Part shown: positions 1 through 13,579 of the stretch, piece after piece
How the letters are laid out: each line of letters opens with the position of its first letter
How positions within the stretch are numbered: position 1 is the stretch's first letter
Position numbers and translations under genes: made by a program
Notes under the pieces: model-generated
Databases searched by the model: none
The model's input: only the letters and a program-made list of their open reading frames with translations
Told to the model about the DNA's origin: nothing
From: Octopus vulgaris
Taxonomy: Eukaryota
Length of the DNA: 64,000 nucleotides
Reading direction: 5' to 3'
Assembly (NCBI GenBank): GCA_951406725.2
Contig: OX597832.1
Location: forward strand, 3,658,001-3,722,000

Positions 1-310
1 TTTCTAGTACTACTCCGAACGGGTGTGTCAGTTTATCTGGTGATAGTGCTCCAAACAGTGTACATAAAATCCATAGGTTCTGCTTTCTTTGCATTTATAT
101 CCTCGGGGTATCTTTTTCTCGACTGGCTTGCATGTCTTGAAATCAAATTTTTGTCTTTTTGCCTTTTTACCATATAGATCGGTTTTCCAATTCTATTACA
201 AATAATACCGTCCTCTCATTATTGTTTTCCATATCTGTACGATTTCACCAACTTCAAAATTTTTCGTTGCAGCGCTTTTGTCATTGTTATTCCAAGTCTT
301 TTTCTCTACT

Positions 311-700
311 TCATAGTAGTTTGTTGAATATGGACTTAATCTTTCTTGCGAACATTAATTCGGCTGGAGATTTACCTGATGCGTTTGGAGTAAATCTGTA
401 CACCCTTAGAAATTTTATTAATACCGGATCAATCTTTCTGTTGTTCGCTTTTCTTAACGTCCTCTTGAATGTGTCCACGAACCGTTCCGCCAGATCATTT
501 GACCGTGGGTGATATTGTGGCGTAGTTATATGATCAATTTGGAACATCTGGCAGATATCTCTGAATTGAGACTCCGTAAACCGTGTCCCATTATCGGACA
601 ATGGTATACGGTATACTATATCGAGCAAATATCTCGTGGAGGAAATCAATTATTACAGAGGATGTAGGGTATTTTCATTTACACACTTCTTGTCATTTTG
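311..700 (-). mobile_element. Ty3/gypsy LTR retrotransposon integrase (rve) fragment, degenerate
   Basis: Translation SDNGTRFTESQFRDICQMFQIDHITTPQYHPRSNDLAERFVDTFKRTL...YRFTPNASGKSPAELMFARKI matches the gypsy integrase core (SDNG..F, YHP.SNG.AER, SPAELMF). 790-1342 may be LTR remains (not verified). Confidence 0.85.
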
Positions 701-2229
701 TGTAGCTAACCACAAATGTGGGTCTCCAATTTAATATTTTGCTTGCCATTGTATTCCTGTTCCTCACTAATTTTGAAGAGTGGAATACATCAAGGACGAC
801 AATTTGAAAAGAGAGACCAGTTCGCTCCAAGTGGAGCGTAAACGGTTACGAGACTTAATATTCTTTTGGTTTCTTCAGTTATCAAAACGATTGTTTGTTC
901 CTTTACATCTTAACAACTCGGAAGCAACACAAATATCAATACAAAATAACAATCACTAAAGGAAAGGTGATTGTAGTCATCCAATAATAAAGCTATTCCC
1001 AGTAGTTTGTATACACTGATCCCGCTATCTCTACCAATTGGTTGGAGATCATTTAACAAGTTCGCCGATCAACTATTACACCTATCTCTCGAGTGTAATA
1101 GTTTTTTTTATTACTAATCCTTTAGTAGAAATAAAAAAATATAGCTGTCGGTCATTGGAAAGTAGCGGTAAAATTACTATATTTGCAGATTTGCCAGCAT
1201 CTCACCAGTTCTCCAGCTTCTGGTCAGCCAAAGTTTTGAGAATCAGCCGAACAACATTCTTCCCCACTGATTCTACAACTTTCTATTCTTTTACTTGCGT
1301 CAATACAATAAATTACTAGTCAAGTACTTTGGTCAATTTACATTGCTATAAAATCTGCTAAATGTGGATAAATGTGTATAATATGTGTATAATAAAATGT
1401 GTATAATAAAAACCAAAGACATCAATTACAAGACGAATTAGCAGAAGGAATGTATGTGCTACTGTTGATTGTGATAGTGTTGTTGTTGTTGATGATGATG
1501 GTAGTGGTGGTGGTGGTGTTGGTGGTGGTTGTGGTGTTGATGTTAAATGTTTTGGAAAGTAAATTTTACCGTTGACCTTGACGGAAGTGTGACTACTTGC
1601 CCCTTCTCTGTTCTTTCACAGTTTTGACGAGTGTACATTGCCTTTAATTTTGATGATGTTGGTTCTTGTTTTTATTTTGATGATAATGTTGTTTAGGTAG
1701 TTTTTTTATTTTTGTTGTAGCTGCAGTTGTAGTAGTTTGTGTTATTAGAGGATGTTGTTTTAGTGTTTGCTTTTCAAGAGGACGGAAATTCCTACAAGTG
1801 AACTATCCTTCCGCACCCATATCAGTTTGGCTTCCTGCCCTCTGCTACAGACATTTCGTGAAACCTTTAAAATCATTCAGATATTTCCCTCAGCTATTGA
1901 TAACACCTGGAAACTTTACTCTATCCTCGACCAGTTCTCCTGGGAGGAATATCTAAAAGTTATCCCATAGAAATCTGCCAAAAGAGCCACTGAAAACAAT
2001 CTTGTACATATGAATTTCTGTGTCACCATTCATATGCATTTGATAATGGAATAAGATGTGCTTCAAGAGGAAGCAACTGGGATTTTACCCTACCAATCTT
2101 TACACACACACACACACGAACGCACACGCGCGCACAATTATAATTATACATACATATACATACATATGCATACATACATACATACATACATACATACATA
2201 CATACATACATACATACATACAAACATAC

Positions 2230-2580
2230 ATATATAATAATTATTATTTGAGTGAATAAAATCCAAACTTACAAGGAAAAAAATTCAATTTAGAAATACT
2301 AAATGAAATTTCACACAATATAATATATATATATATATACAAAATTAGAAAAAAACACCTTTTATCCATTCAAAATGAACAATTAAATTACACCATCTAG
2401 AAAATTACATATAATAGAAATATTAAAATTAAAATAACAATAACATGTCAATGATTAAGTAAATTGCAAAAAAAGTAATAATAAAAACGTATATAATTGG
2501 TAGAATAACGACATCTGTTTCGTGGCTATATTTAAGAAATGATTACAGTGGTAGAGAAATCACTTCGATATAAATATATT
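2230..2580 (-). mobile_element. Truncated PLE-type terminal module with the 3' half of a hammerhead
   Basis: Minus strand reads GCCAC-GAAAC-AGAT-GTC at 2510-2526. AT-rich module abutting a (TACA)n tract; the CUGANGA half is missing at the Tc1 junction. Confidence 0.4.
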
Positions 2581-3593
2581 GTACTGAAGAAAACTTTATC
2601 TCGAAAAACTGTGTCTCGTCCTTTAGTTGAACATGACCTACAAGCAAGAGCACCTGCAGTGAAGCCACTGATCAGCTCCAAGAATAAAAAGTGTCGACTT
2701 ACTTTTGCAACCGAACATGTGTTGTGGTCTCAAGAAAAATGGCAAACGGTGCATTTCAGTGATGAATCTAAGTCTATGTTATTTGGCTCAGATGGGAAAA
2801 GGTACGTTCGTCGAAAAGCAGGTGAAAAATTGTCACCTAAATGCTTTAAGACTAGTGTTAAATTCGGTGGAGGAAGTGTCATGGTTTGGGGGATGATATC
2901 TGGAGATGTTATGGGCCCTTTGCTGCGATTACATGGAAAGGTAAATGCAGGAGTTTACAAACAACTTGTAAAAGATCATGTCTTGCCTGTGCTGAGAAAT
3001 TCAACTAAGCGACCACCCATATTCATGCAGGACAATGCCCCATGTCACAAGGCTAAGGTGGTCATGAACTTCCTCAAGGCTGAAAAGGTTATTGTTATGG
3101 ATTGGCCTGCTCAAAGCCCAGACCTCAATCCTATTGAAAATATGTGGAATATTCTAAGAGAACGTTTGAAAGCCAGAAATCCTAAAACAACCGAGCAATT
3201 ATGGAATGCCCTTCACGAAGAATGGAATAAGATCACCCAGCAAGAAATTGAAAATTTAATTTCCCCATGCAGTCAAAAATGTCAAACTTTGATTGAAACT
3301 AAAGGGCTTCACACTAAATATGAAATAATTCCAGCATTCTCTGTCACTTTTTGATTATTTTGTTATTTTTTCAACCGTTCTGATCATTTTGGCCACCATG
3401 GGTTTTGCAGTAAATCACTATATCATCCATAACTTTTGTATTATCCACTCAAATTACACCAATATCTCAGACAATACCAATTAATAGTATTTATTGTCTG
3501 TGAAAATTATAGAATATAAAACAACTTTAATAAAAACTTATACCTACTTTTCTGACGAAAACAATGCCGTTCTGAACATTTTGGCCGCAACTG
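2580..3593 (+). mobile_element. Tc1-family (DD34E) DNA transposon, 5'-truncated, IR-DR type 3' end
   Basis: ORF 2539-3354 has FSDESK, MVWG, QDNAPCH and WPAQSPDLNPIE with 34 residues between the second D and E. Direct repeat CCGTTCTGA.CATTTTGGCC at 3375 and 3567; end ...GCAACTG followed by TA at 3594. Confidence 0.92.
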
Positions 3594-3769
3594 TATATAT
3601 GTATTGTCTACCTGACCGCTAGATCTACAAGTTTTTAAAATTCTCTCTGTTTATTTTCTCTTATTCCTTTCTTGTTGTTTATACCCCTGTCTTCTTGTTT
3701 TTCAATAAATTTCAACTAATATATACATACATACCATACATACATACATACATACATACATACATACAT

Positions 3770-3845
<76 letters not shown>

Positions 3846-3847
<2 letters not shown>

Positions 3848-4110
3848 AAAAAGTCAAGATTGAAAATTCTAAAATAATTTTATAAAAAACATTTCAGTAC
3901 CGGTTAGAGTCATTGAGACTTTTTCAACTGTAAGCATGGAAAACAATTAAATTTTGGAAAAATTAAAAGAAATTTTTTTTTAAAAGAATATTTGCATAGT
4001 GTTCAAATACAAGTGGCATTTTCCTTGTCGAAAAAGTCTCAATGACTGAAACCGGTACTGAAATGTTTTTTATAAAATTAATTTAGCATTTTCTATTTTG
4101 ACTTTTTTCC
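3846..4110. mobile_element. Foldback PLE-type module with ~80-bp inverted arms carrying hammerhead-like motifs
   Basis: 3846-3925 is the reverse complement of 4030-4110 with a few mismatches; flanked by (TA)n and (CA)n. Confidence 0.75.
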
Positions 4111-4122
4111 ACGCACACACAC

Positions 4123-4169
<47 letters not shown>

Positions 4170-4177
4170 CACACACA

Positions 4178-4214
<37 letters not shown>

Positions 4215-4215
<1 letters not shown>

Positions 4216-4380
4216 TATGACGGGTTTCTTTCAGTTTCAGTCTGCCATACCCATTCACAAGGGTTTTGTCGGCCCGTGACTTTAGTAGAAGAAACTTACC
4301 CAAGGTGCTACGCAGTGGCACTGAACCCAGGACCATGTGGTTGGAAAGCAAACACCTTATTACGCAGTCACGCCTGCGCC
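4215..4380 (-). mobile_element. tRNA-derived SINE family A, 5' half
   Basis: Homologous to the full copy at 57724-58155 (GGCGCAGG head, GGTTCAGT.CC B-box-like motif). Confidence 0.8.
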
Positions 4381-4903
4381 TATCTTGTAAATAGAGGTTT
4401 GATAAATATCATAATTTGATGTATTTGCGTTGGTCTTTCTGAAAACTTTTAAAAGTTTTTGAGTAGTTTCTCTATAATAGCGTCTCTATAATAGCGTTGA
4501 CATGTTCGGCTGATATTTGAGCTTCAGTAACTCAATCTATTTTGGTAGGCATATATCCAGGAAAACCTTAATTCAGTATGTTCCTGAATATTTAGATTGT
4601 AGAGTGCCATTTGGTGGTGATATAGCTCTTAATTATAGTAGGTTGAGCGATTGCGCAGAAACTCCTCTACAGACCGCAAGGTAAACGGATCGCTGCGTTT
4701 CTAGCAAACATATCTTAGCAACATTCTAAATACATAACAGTAAACACAAGGAGAAGTCAAAAATTATTGTGTTTTCGCCAAACTTTTTTTAGGTTGGCCG
4801 CACCGCCTTCAGCGCTCGCGTGCTAAAAGGTGGCGATCTTCTGGTTACATGACCGAAATTTGACCTTGATCACTGCAGTTTTCTCCCTTGTGTTAAAGTA
4901 AAC

Positions 4904-5632
4904 ATGGCCGCCCTGTTGGCAGTGCACACCAAGGAAGAACAGAAATAAGTGATTTCTCTGTTCTGAAAATGTGTCACGGGTTGAAATTCATACAATACGG
5001 GGACTGCGCTCTACCGCGCAGAGGTGTGGATGACGATGTTTAAAAATAGTCGGAAAGCGTGAAGCAAGAAGAGGGAGAAGGACGACAATCAACCACCACC
5101 ACTTACATGAAGATTCGACAGACTCGAGAGGTGGTTCTGGCGGACCGACGAGTGACCATCGATGAGGTGGCATGTTCTCTTCAAATTTGTCATGGTTCTA
5201 CATGCGAAATCATCTACGACAAGCTTTGCTTCTGTAAAGTCTGTGCAAGATGGGTGCCAAGAGAGCTTACCGAAGCGCATAATCGTAATCGTGTGGAGAT
5301 CTGTCAACGCTTACACGATAAAGGCAAAGTTTTTTGGGAGAGAATAGCGAGAGGATATGAAACCTGAGTCCATCATGTTGATCCAGAATCTGAAAAGTAG
5401 AACATGGAGTATAAACAACTTGAAATGCTGGTGAAAAAGTTTAAAAAATGTAAAAAGAACGCCCAAAAATTCGAGACTCAACCGTCAGCAGAAAATGTGA
5501 TACCTTTCCGGGGAAGCAAAAGGGCCCACTTTGGAACATCACCACTGTAGACTACAGAGAAATTCTGGCCAACAAACGGAAACCAGCAATTCTCATGTTA
5601 AAGCAAGTGTTATTGCTGCATGACAATGCACA
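4904..5632 (+). pseudogene. Degenerate mariner transposase
   Basis: DRRVTIDEVA, KVCARWVPRELT, a G.ET.VHH-like motif and LLLHDNA, broken by stops and frameshifts. Confidence 0.85.
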
Positions 5633-7182
5633 GCAAAGGTTCTCAATTCTGGTGCCACAACAGTTTTGCTTCTCTCATCTTATATTAACTGGCTTGATAG
5701 CCCAGAAAAAATATTTCATTCTTTCACATTTGAACTCGCGAGCGATTGTTTTCATATTCTCTGCTGATTATGCTTCTTTCCCACGGACAATAAAAAAAGG
5801 AAAAATATACGCCATAAACTTACAATTGATTTTATATATGTATGAAATTCACTTAAAATATCATATTTTAACCGAGAAGAAATGAAAGGGAAAATTTGGA
5901 AACCGTACAACCTTAGTTGTATGACTGCTATTATATATAACATGCATAAGCAGAAGAATGAACTCTGTAATTCGTAAGTGGAATTGAGAATGTGGAGTTT
6001 TGCCATTTTTCTAAGATGAATAGCCTAAAAGAAGAAGCTCCAAGTAGAAATTGAAGACAAGTTATAAACTCAGTTTAATGATTACGGTATCAATTAAAAA
6101 AATGAAAACTACATAGCTACATATTATATAACAAACTATATAACAACATATTTGTGTCCTAAAATGAATTTGTTTGAAGGTACTCCAATACAATATTACT
6201 TTACTCAAATCGAAGGCAATAAAAAATTTACATTTTTATGTGAACAACAAAAGCAAACATTTTTGTAGTGGTAGACAATTCTTTTCACCTGATACCCTAA
6301 ATAAAAAAAATATCTTGTAGAAATTAATTTGGAAGCGAAATTTGTGATTAGCATCAAAAAGTTTCTTACTGAGGAAAAAAGAAAAAAGAACTTGCAAAAA
6401 GCTAACAAACCAAACTTAAAACACCGATATTTGAAACATTAAATCCAACTCTGAACCGCTGTCAGTTAAAAAGTCAAACTAGTGCCTTGACCTAGAACAG
6501 TAAAGAATGCCAGCTGAATCTGAGAAAATGATGTCTAGCATATGTACCCTGAACAACCTGATAAATGATATCTAGTTTATATGAACCAGTTTATTTATTC
6601 CATATACATTCTTAGTTGCATCACCTGGAGATAAATAATACTACTGAAAAAAAAAAAAATTTTGTGATGTTAAGATATAACGAGATATATTGTAACTGAC
6701 ATTACCATTTAGCAGAGATTGAATGTAAGAATATACTATTTCTTGAGATATACTTGCTAAGAATCTAATACTGCCCCACTCCAATTAATTTTACTGACAT
6801 CAATATCGTTAGTTTTTCTTCCCCAACCCCGTTTATGCAACTTAACATTCTGACGTTGATAATTTTAACTACATTCCAGAGGCCTTACCGTGGGAGGGTT
6901 TTCTTTATCAACACTTCCTCCTAGAACTCTGAGATATTCGATAAAATTCTTTGCCTCATAGCGGCTGATATTTTTTCACTATAAATTATACTATACCATA
7001 AAATCGTTAGCCACTACTGATTGTACTTGTTTTTTTTTTATTGTTGGTAACTTGGTATTTGCCTACCTACGCTATTTAGAGAAAGTGTTTTTCCTCCCAT
7101 TACACTGAATTTTTTCACATGACCTATGTATGCAAAAAAGGATAGTGCAACTACAGCTAATTCTGTTGATTACCGTCAGATG

Positions 7183-7227
<45 letters not shown>

Positions 7228-7819
7228 CTCCTTCGATTCTGTAACATTATCTACATTCTAGATGTCTTCAGACTTTTTCAGGAGAAACATTTATTAATTT
7301 CAAAAAAGTACAAAACTCTAATTTCCTTCGAAGTAGGAACTTCAATGTACTCATTGCCTATGGCAATTTCAAATTCTCATCTTAGATTTTATCACTAATT
7401 CAGTAAATGTGATCTAAACATAAAGACAACTATTCGAATTTTATCAAAACGAATGGAACATCAGGTTAGTCGAGAATCGTGCCACATATTAATGATAGAC
7501 CCAGCTGGCATACGTTATGAATTATTAAGTGTATATGTTGCATAGCAGCCACACAAACGAGAACTATTTATGCATACACAAGCAGTTTTAGAATGCTCTT
7601 AATTATGGATGAACAAAACCTTCATTCAGCAGAAGTAAAAGAGATTTTCCACTGTCATACACATATATCCATACAGTCGTACCGGAAGAAACATGATTCC
7701 ACTCATACATTTGCCATTTACACACGCACATATACATATATACAAATATATACGCAAACCCAAGTGTGTAGGAGGACACACACTTATACATATACCCACC
7801 CGTAAACATATACAAGATA

Positions 7820-8230
7820 TAATTACAGAATATTCTTAATGGAATGAAAAGAGGAAGAGGACACTTGAAGTGAGGCATAGTGGAAGTTGAGGCGTACTTT
7901 TGCGGAGTAGATGTTCCCAGGGTAAAGACATGATTTTCCTTGCGTCTGCAAGAATGAGTCGACCATGGTGTAAGAGAACATTCCAGATCGTTGCGTGGTC
8001 AAATGTGTGGCTTGGCGAATTAAAGCGACTTGTGAAGGGTTTGAGGACTCCATAAACGTTGCTACAAATACCAAAGCATTTACGGAAAAAGCGTTGCCTA
8101 TGTATAAAGCACTGCAGAATTTGCATGATGTATTAGATCGGGGTAGAACAGTCGAAGTGGTCAGTTACGTTGATATATGACGTTCAATATGAAAATGGAC
8201 AGTGTTCAATACTGCTCAGTGATGGGCACC
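7820..8230 (-). pseudogene. Highly decayed Tc1/mariner-superfamily transposase relic
   Basis: Fragments resembling the FQQDGAT.HT...GRLIS region (RQATHLTT...HGRLIL); weak. Confidence 0.35.
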
Positions 8231-9231
8231 GTCCTGAATGTAGGATAAAATCATCAACATGACTATTCTGATAAATTCTGAAAAATTCTTTTAATCCAGG
8301 AACAAATGTATTTAAACACCTGAAATATTGATTTTCTGCATAAGCACAAGACCAAGGTCATTTTTATTTTTGAGATGGAGAGGTGGAGGAACCATCGTAA
8401 AGATGTGGAACGAAGAGTGGCAGAACCACATAGTGCAAAGCATTTTGCCCAGCACTCTACCGATTCTGCCGATCCATTCGTATTCTGCAGGTCTGCACAA
8501 ACACAAATTTCCTTCACACATCAATTGCTCATGGACACAATTATCTATGTATGAAGTGAAGGATTTGTCAGTTACACCAACTCTCTCAATATTTAATTAA
8601 TTTCTAAAAAAACTGTAATACTTGTTAATGGCCAAAGAACATTCACACTGAAATGTGCTGCTCATTTAGGAAATAAACATGTGCAAACAAGCTGCAGGGA
8701 ATCATAGCTTTAGGAGTAAGTTATCGATTGAGGTGGGAATTAAATTCCTATATAATTTCTTGTTCCTCTTGGAAACTTACAAAATAAAAGGAAGCGGGAA
8801 AAATTCTGAGTGCTTATTTTAATTTCTAATTACTTTTTGGTAAATATTTCAACATTAGTTATAGAATATATTTACTTCATATCCGGTTCCCACGACAGTC
8901 AAGTATCAGCTTCCGACTCTTTGAACCAACTAATTTCAGACGCTTGATGATGCTAGATTACTTCTCATTTAACTATATGTTGCACACGCCACCTAATATA
9001 TTCCCTCTCTGTCTCGTTCTCGTTCTCTGTCTCTCTTTGTCTCCCTCTCTCTCTATTCGTTACCCCTACATCTACTGCTAATCATTGCACTCTATCCCCT
9101 CTTTCCTCCGCTTCCTTCTTCTCTTTGTATTTGGTTTCTATTTCTCATTCATCCATTCGTACTTTTACAAGGGACCAAAGTCCATTCTGTTCATCCATAC
9201 CATCTCATTTCATTTTCAATCGCACACTTCC

Positions 9232-9234
9232 ATT

Positions 9235-9314
<80 letters not shown>

Positions 9315-9330
9315 TTTTTCTTTCTTTCAT
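9232..9330. repeat. (TTTC)n microsatellite
   Basis: Directly visible tandem repeat. Confidence 0.95.
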
Positions 9331-9631
9331 TTTCACATTGTTCTTGTCGATTGTGTTTAAGATGGTCAGGGTGGTTTTTGCTTCGTCGAAGCCATCTATG
9401 ACATTTCATCCATGACCATTTTGTTTTCTATATCTAAGCTTACTTTGTTCAATCTCTTTTTTTTTCAAGACGATAGGATTGAGGGGGATTTAACTGTTTT
9501 TTTCTAGCAAGTCAAGTGACCCATAAATGCGACCTCATCAAGCTGGTTGTGACATGGTTGATTTTAGTAACATGGTTTGAATCCGTGGAGAGATGATGAA
9601 TATGAGGACAGGTAATATCTAGGATGTGAAA

Positions 9632-9830
9632 GGTGGTAAGCTAGCAGAATCGGGCACAATAGCTAGTGACATTTCGCCCGTCCTTATGTTCAGGGTTCAA
9701 ATATCTCCGGAGTCGACTTTGCCTTTCGTCCTTTCGGGGTCGATGAAATAAGTATCATTTGAGCACCGGAGTCATGTAATCTACTTAGCAACCCCTAAAT
9801 TGCTAGCCTTGTGCTAAAATTTGAAACCGA
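9632..9830 (+). mobile_element. tRNA-derived SINE family B
   Basis: GGTGGTAAGCTAGCAGAATCG head and GTCGACTTTGCCTTTC.TCCTTTCGGGGTCGAT core, shared with many copies in the window. Confidence 0.8.
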
Positions 9831-10049
9831 TATTTAGGATGTGGTTTTATTTGACCTTTGAAAGTGTACTTTGGAGGGTCTTTTATCTTTTCAGCCAGGT
9901 ACTGAAGGCAATCTCATCGACTAATATGCTACCCTTAAAATTACTGACCTTGTATCTAAATGAGAAACAATGAAAATATAAGGGCTGTTATCACTTTTAC
10001 GTGGCTGTTCCATGCAGAACAATTGTTACTATATTTTGCTCACACTATA

Positions 10050-11186
10050 TTGGGTCATTCCATAAATAATGCGGTTTTTTTCAATTGCACGAACTAAAAG
10101 TTGGAGGGGGCAGGATAATCTCCCTGCATAAACTTGCTATAAAAGCAGGTAGTAATTTTACTTTGTGCTTATTCTTAGTGCAAGTTTTGAAGAGTGCAGT
10201 TCGATTTGAACAGTTATTTTTTCAAAGCTATAATGGAAGTGACAAAGGAGCATATTCGACATATTTTGCTTTGTGAGTTCAATAAAGGCAACAACGCTAC
10301 GGAAAGTGCGAGGAATATTAATGCAGTATATGGGTATCGGACAATAAGCGTAAGCCAATGTCAACGGTGGTTCCAGAAGTTCCGAGCTGGAAACTACAGC
10401 CTAGAAGACAAGCCTCGTCCTGGAAGATCTGTAGAGCACGGCGAGGACGCCCTGTAAAACCTGGTGGAACAAAATCCCATCATAACTGTTAAGGAGCTAG
10501 CAGTGAACGTGCGCTCTTCTTTGCTGTCTCGTCTCACGAATGAATATTTTTTGGTTCAAATGGGTTCTCTATTAAAATGTCAAGAGCCGAAGACAGTGGG
10601 TAGGGAAAGGAGAAACACCGACACCCCAGGTTAAAGAAGGTCTTCACCCACATATGGTGTTATCTGTTTAGTGGGATATGAAAGGTTTAGTTCACTGAAC
10701 TTTTAAACCCAAACCAAACGATAACTAAGGAGATCTACCGGGAGCAGCTTGAGCGGCTTAAGTGAGCACTAGAAGAAAAACGACCATCTTTGGTTTCAAG
10801 GCGAAAGGTGTTCTTCCATCAGGATAATGTTCAGTCACATATAGCGAGGATGACATTCCAAAGGCTGGAGCAGTTTGAATGGGAAATGATGCTTCACCCA
10901 CCATATTCGCCGGACATTGCCCATCTAATTATCATTTATTCCGCAGCCTACATAATAATTTGGACGGAAAAAATATGAATTCTGTAAACGAGTGAGAACA
11001 GTACTGGAGGAGTACTTTTCGTCACGGATAAGTGAATTTTGGAAGCGGGGCTTTGTAAGTCTACCAGATAGATGGAAGATCATTGTAGAAAATGAAGGAG
11101 AGTAGATTAAAAAAAAACTTTGTTTATCTTAATTTTGAAAAATAAAAAAGAATGGAAAAACCCGCATTATTTATGGGATGACCCAA
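10050..11186 (+). mobile_element. Mariner element with both TIRs, internally deleted, defective transposase
   Basis: TIRs TTGGGTCATTCCATAAATAATGCGG / CCGCATTATTTATGGGATGACCCAA with TA on the left. MEVTKEHIRHILL...QRWFQKFR...PRPGR, FFHQDN and HPPYSPDIA motifs with frameshifts. Confidence 0.92.
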
Positions 11187-11194
11187 TTTAAACA

Positions 11195-11828
11195 AAGAAG
11201 CAGCTATCAGTCGCTAATCTTGCAACAAGCTGGTTTTAAATCTCTGAAAGAAATGCATATAGTAACAGTACTAAACGATAAAGGCTGTTATCACTTGCAG
11301 AACAAGTGTTACTATATTTTAACCCCAGAAAAATATTTTGTCCCTCTGGCTATCGACACACGACCTGTGTCTGATTTATTGTGAGCAAGGGAGCAAACCA
11401 CTGTAGCAAAGCAGAGCCAGTTGACCGGTTTCAGGGTTCCTTCTCGTCCTCATTACTGGAAGTTTGACTACTAGAGATAACAACCATTCGTCCGTCGATA
11501 GCCAGCGGGGAAAGATGTTTTTCTTGGATTAAAGTATAGTAACACTTGTTTTGCATGGAACACTTACGTAAAAGTGGTAACAACCTTTACTGTTTAGTAC
11601 TGTTACTATGTGAATCTCTTTGAGAGATTTAAAACCAGCTTGTCGCAAAATCAGCGACCGATAGTCGCATCTTTGTGTATATATTGTGAGCAAGGACGAA
11701 TAGCTCCCATCTCTAGCAGGCAAACGTTCAGTACTGAGGATGGGAAGGAACCCTGAAATCAGTCCACTGGTTTTGTTTTGCTGGAGTGGGTGTGGTTCAC
11801 TCCCTTGCTCAAAATAAAACAGACACAT
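11195..11828. mobile_element. Composite foldback module (X-Y-X'-Y') with two hammerhead-like motifs
   Basis: 11195-11360 is inverted at 11492-11673; 11365-11480 is inverted at 11706-11828. HHR-like motifs at 11417-11459 (-) and 11729-11770 (+). Confidence 0.7.
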
Positions 11829-11971
11829 TTGTAGATATGTATGTATATACATATATATGTATATATATATGTGTGTGTGAGTGTGTGTGTGTGTGTATGT
11901 ATGTATATAAATGATATATATATAGATAGATATGCATATATATATATATCAAATGTATATATACATATATG

Positions 11972-12083
<112 letters not shown>

Positions 12084-12156
12084 CCTTAAATCCTTAAAAA
12101 TGTTTCAGCCCGAAGGCTGCGGCCATGCTGGGTTACCACCGTTGTATATATATATA

Positions 12157-12850
12157 CTAGCAGTAATACCCGTATATACAAATACATGATCGGGTAATTA
12201 CTTACACTGTTTCTCGGGAGCCACATTAAATGTATTATTATATATATATATAATTTACTTTTCCAGTATGTGTGTATTTTTATTGGAGAAAAATATGTAA
12301 TAATTGTAGTAGAAAAAATATCTATTTCATACATGAACTTGATTTTGTTTTCATTTGAAACTTCTGATATAGTTATTATTGCTTCGAAGCATTTGTTGTA
12401 TTATGTCAAAGTAAAGATTATACCTTGTTTCAGCTTCAAATAAACTTGCAAAAATTTATGGTCTTCATTTTCTGGTGGTAAAATGCCACCAATTCAATGA
12501 TATACTTGCCGTTGGATTTTGAATGTGGGCAAATATTCACAATATCAGCTCCAAATGAAGTCATTTGCAAAGCATTATTTTAGTGTTGTATTTTTTTTAG
12601 AAAATGCTTTGAATGGGGGGAACTTCCATGAAGAAAATCTTTCAGTTTTTCAAGTGGATCAGGAAAGAAAGGCAGCATAATTTCCCCCCTCGTGCAGTAT
12701 AATGCAGGTGGTTCATTTAACCATTTTTTCCCACTACAGTAATAGAATTGGTGAGACATTGAGCCAATTTCAGATTCATAGCAATGACTGGGGTTGTAAT
12801 TGAAAACAACAAGACGCCATTGCTGACGTGACCTTCCTTCATTGTGCCTG
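12157..12850 (-). mobile_element. Helitron relic: Rep N-terminal fragment plus 3' end
   Basis: Minus strand gives QMTSFGA and PTFKIQRQVYH (Helitron Rep region), then a TACCCG...CGGGTA hairpin and terminal CTAG-T at 12160-12157. Confidence 0.7.
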
Positions 12851-12859
12851 AATCGCTCC

Positions 12860-13555
12860 CTTTAACGTCTATTTGCAGTTTCTTGTGTTGATTTTTGTAT
12901 ACGATGTGATGCTCTTCGAAGACGACCAACTGCAAGTCGTGCATTTCTTTCGTCTTCGTTTTCTGCTGCACGTCGAACTGCCATTCTTTGTTGGCTGTCT
13001 GCACGTCGTGCATTTCTTTGATCTTCGTTTTCTGCTGCACGTCGAGATTTCTTCCTCAGACAAATTTCTCCACCAAGTGTCTTTAAGCCTCCTGAGTTCT
13101 TTTTGCAAGTCTGCTTTCTGAGACTTGCACAACTTTTCTATTTGCACTTTGTTCTTAACGTTTGGGTCAAGAAGCTTTTCATGAGTGGACCTCTTTGTTG
13201 CTAAAAACTCATTTATCACTGTATCATTGGATTCAAAGCAGTCTCGTTTGCTGTCTTCTCTTAAAACCTAACACCTCTGATCCCATTTTATATATTCCAT
13301 CCCGAAAACATGGCCATGTACCTTCAAAATGAACATTGCTGCATTTCTTCTGAAGCAACTGCAAAACTTGTGGTTATTTTAGCTGCTCTACATCAATTTT
13401 CTTTGGTACTCGTACACCTGCACTATGAATCTTCTTACGGACCCTGAACTTGAACTTAGCCCTAACTATTTTGTGATCAGTATCACAATCGACACCTCGC
13501 AATACTCTGAGATTGCGCAGATCTTTCCGAGTTAATACAAAGTCAGTCATACGTA
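12860..13555 (-). mobile_element. RTE-clade LINE fragment (APE C-terminus and linker)
   Basis: DFVLTRKDLRNLRVLRGVDCDTDHKIVRAK (APE terminal DH motif) and LQKELRRLKDTWW; ~45-bp internal duplication at 12930-13045. Confidence 0.7.
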
Positions 13556-13579
13556 TATATGCATATATACATATATTCT

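Noticed and set aside
790-1342. Full LTR with primer-binding site for the gypsy fragment
   Set aside because: A TG start is visible on -, but there is no second LTR or clear PBS in the window.
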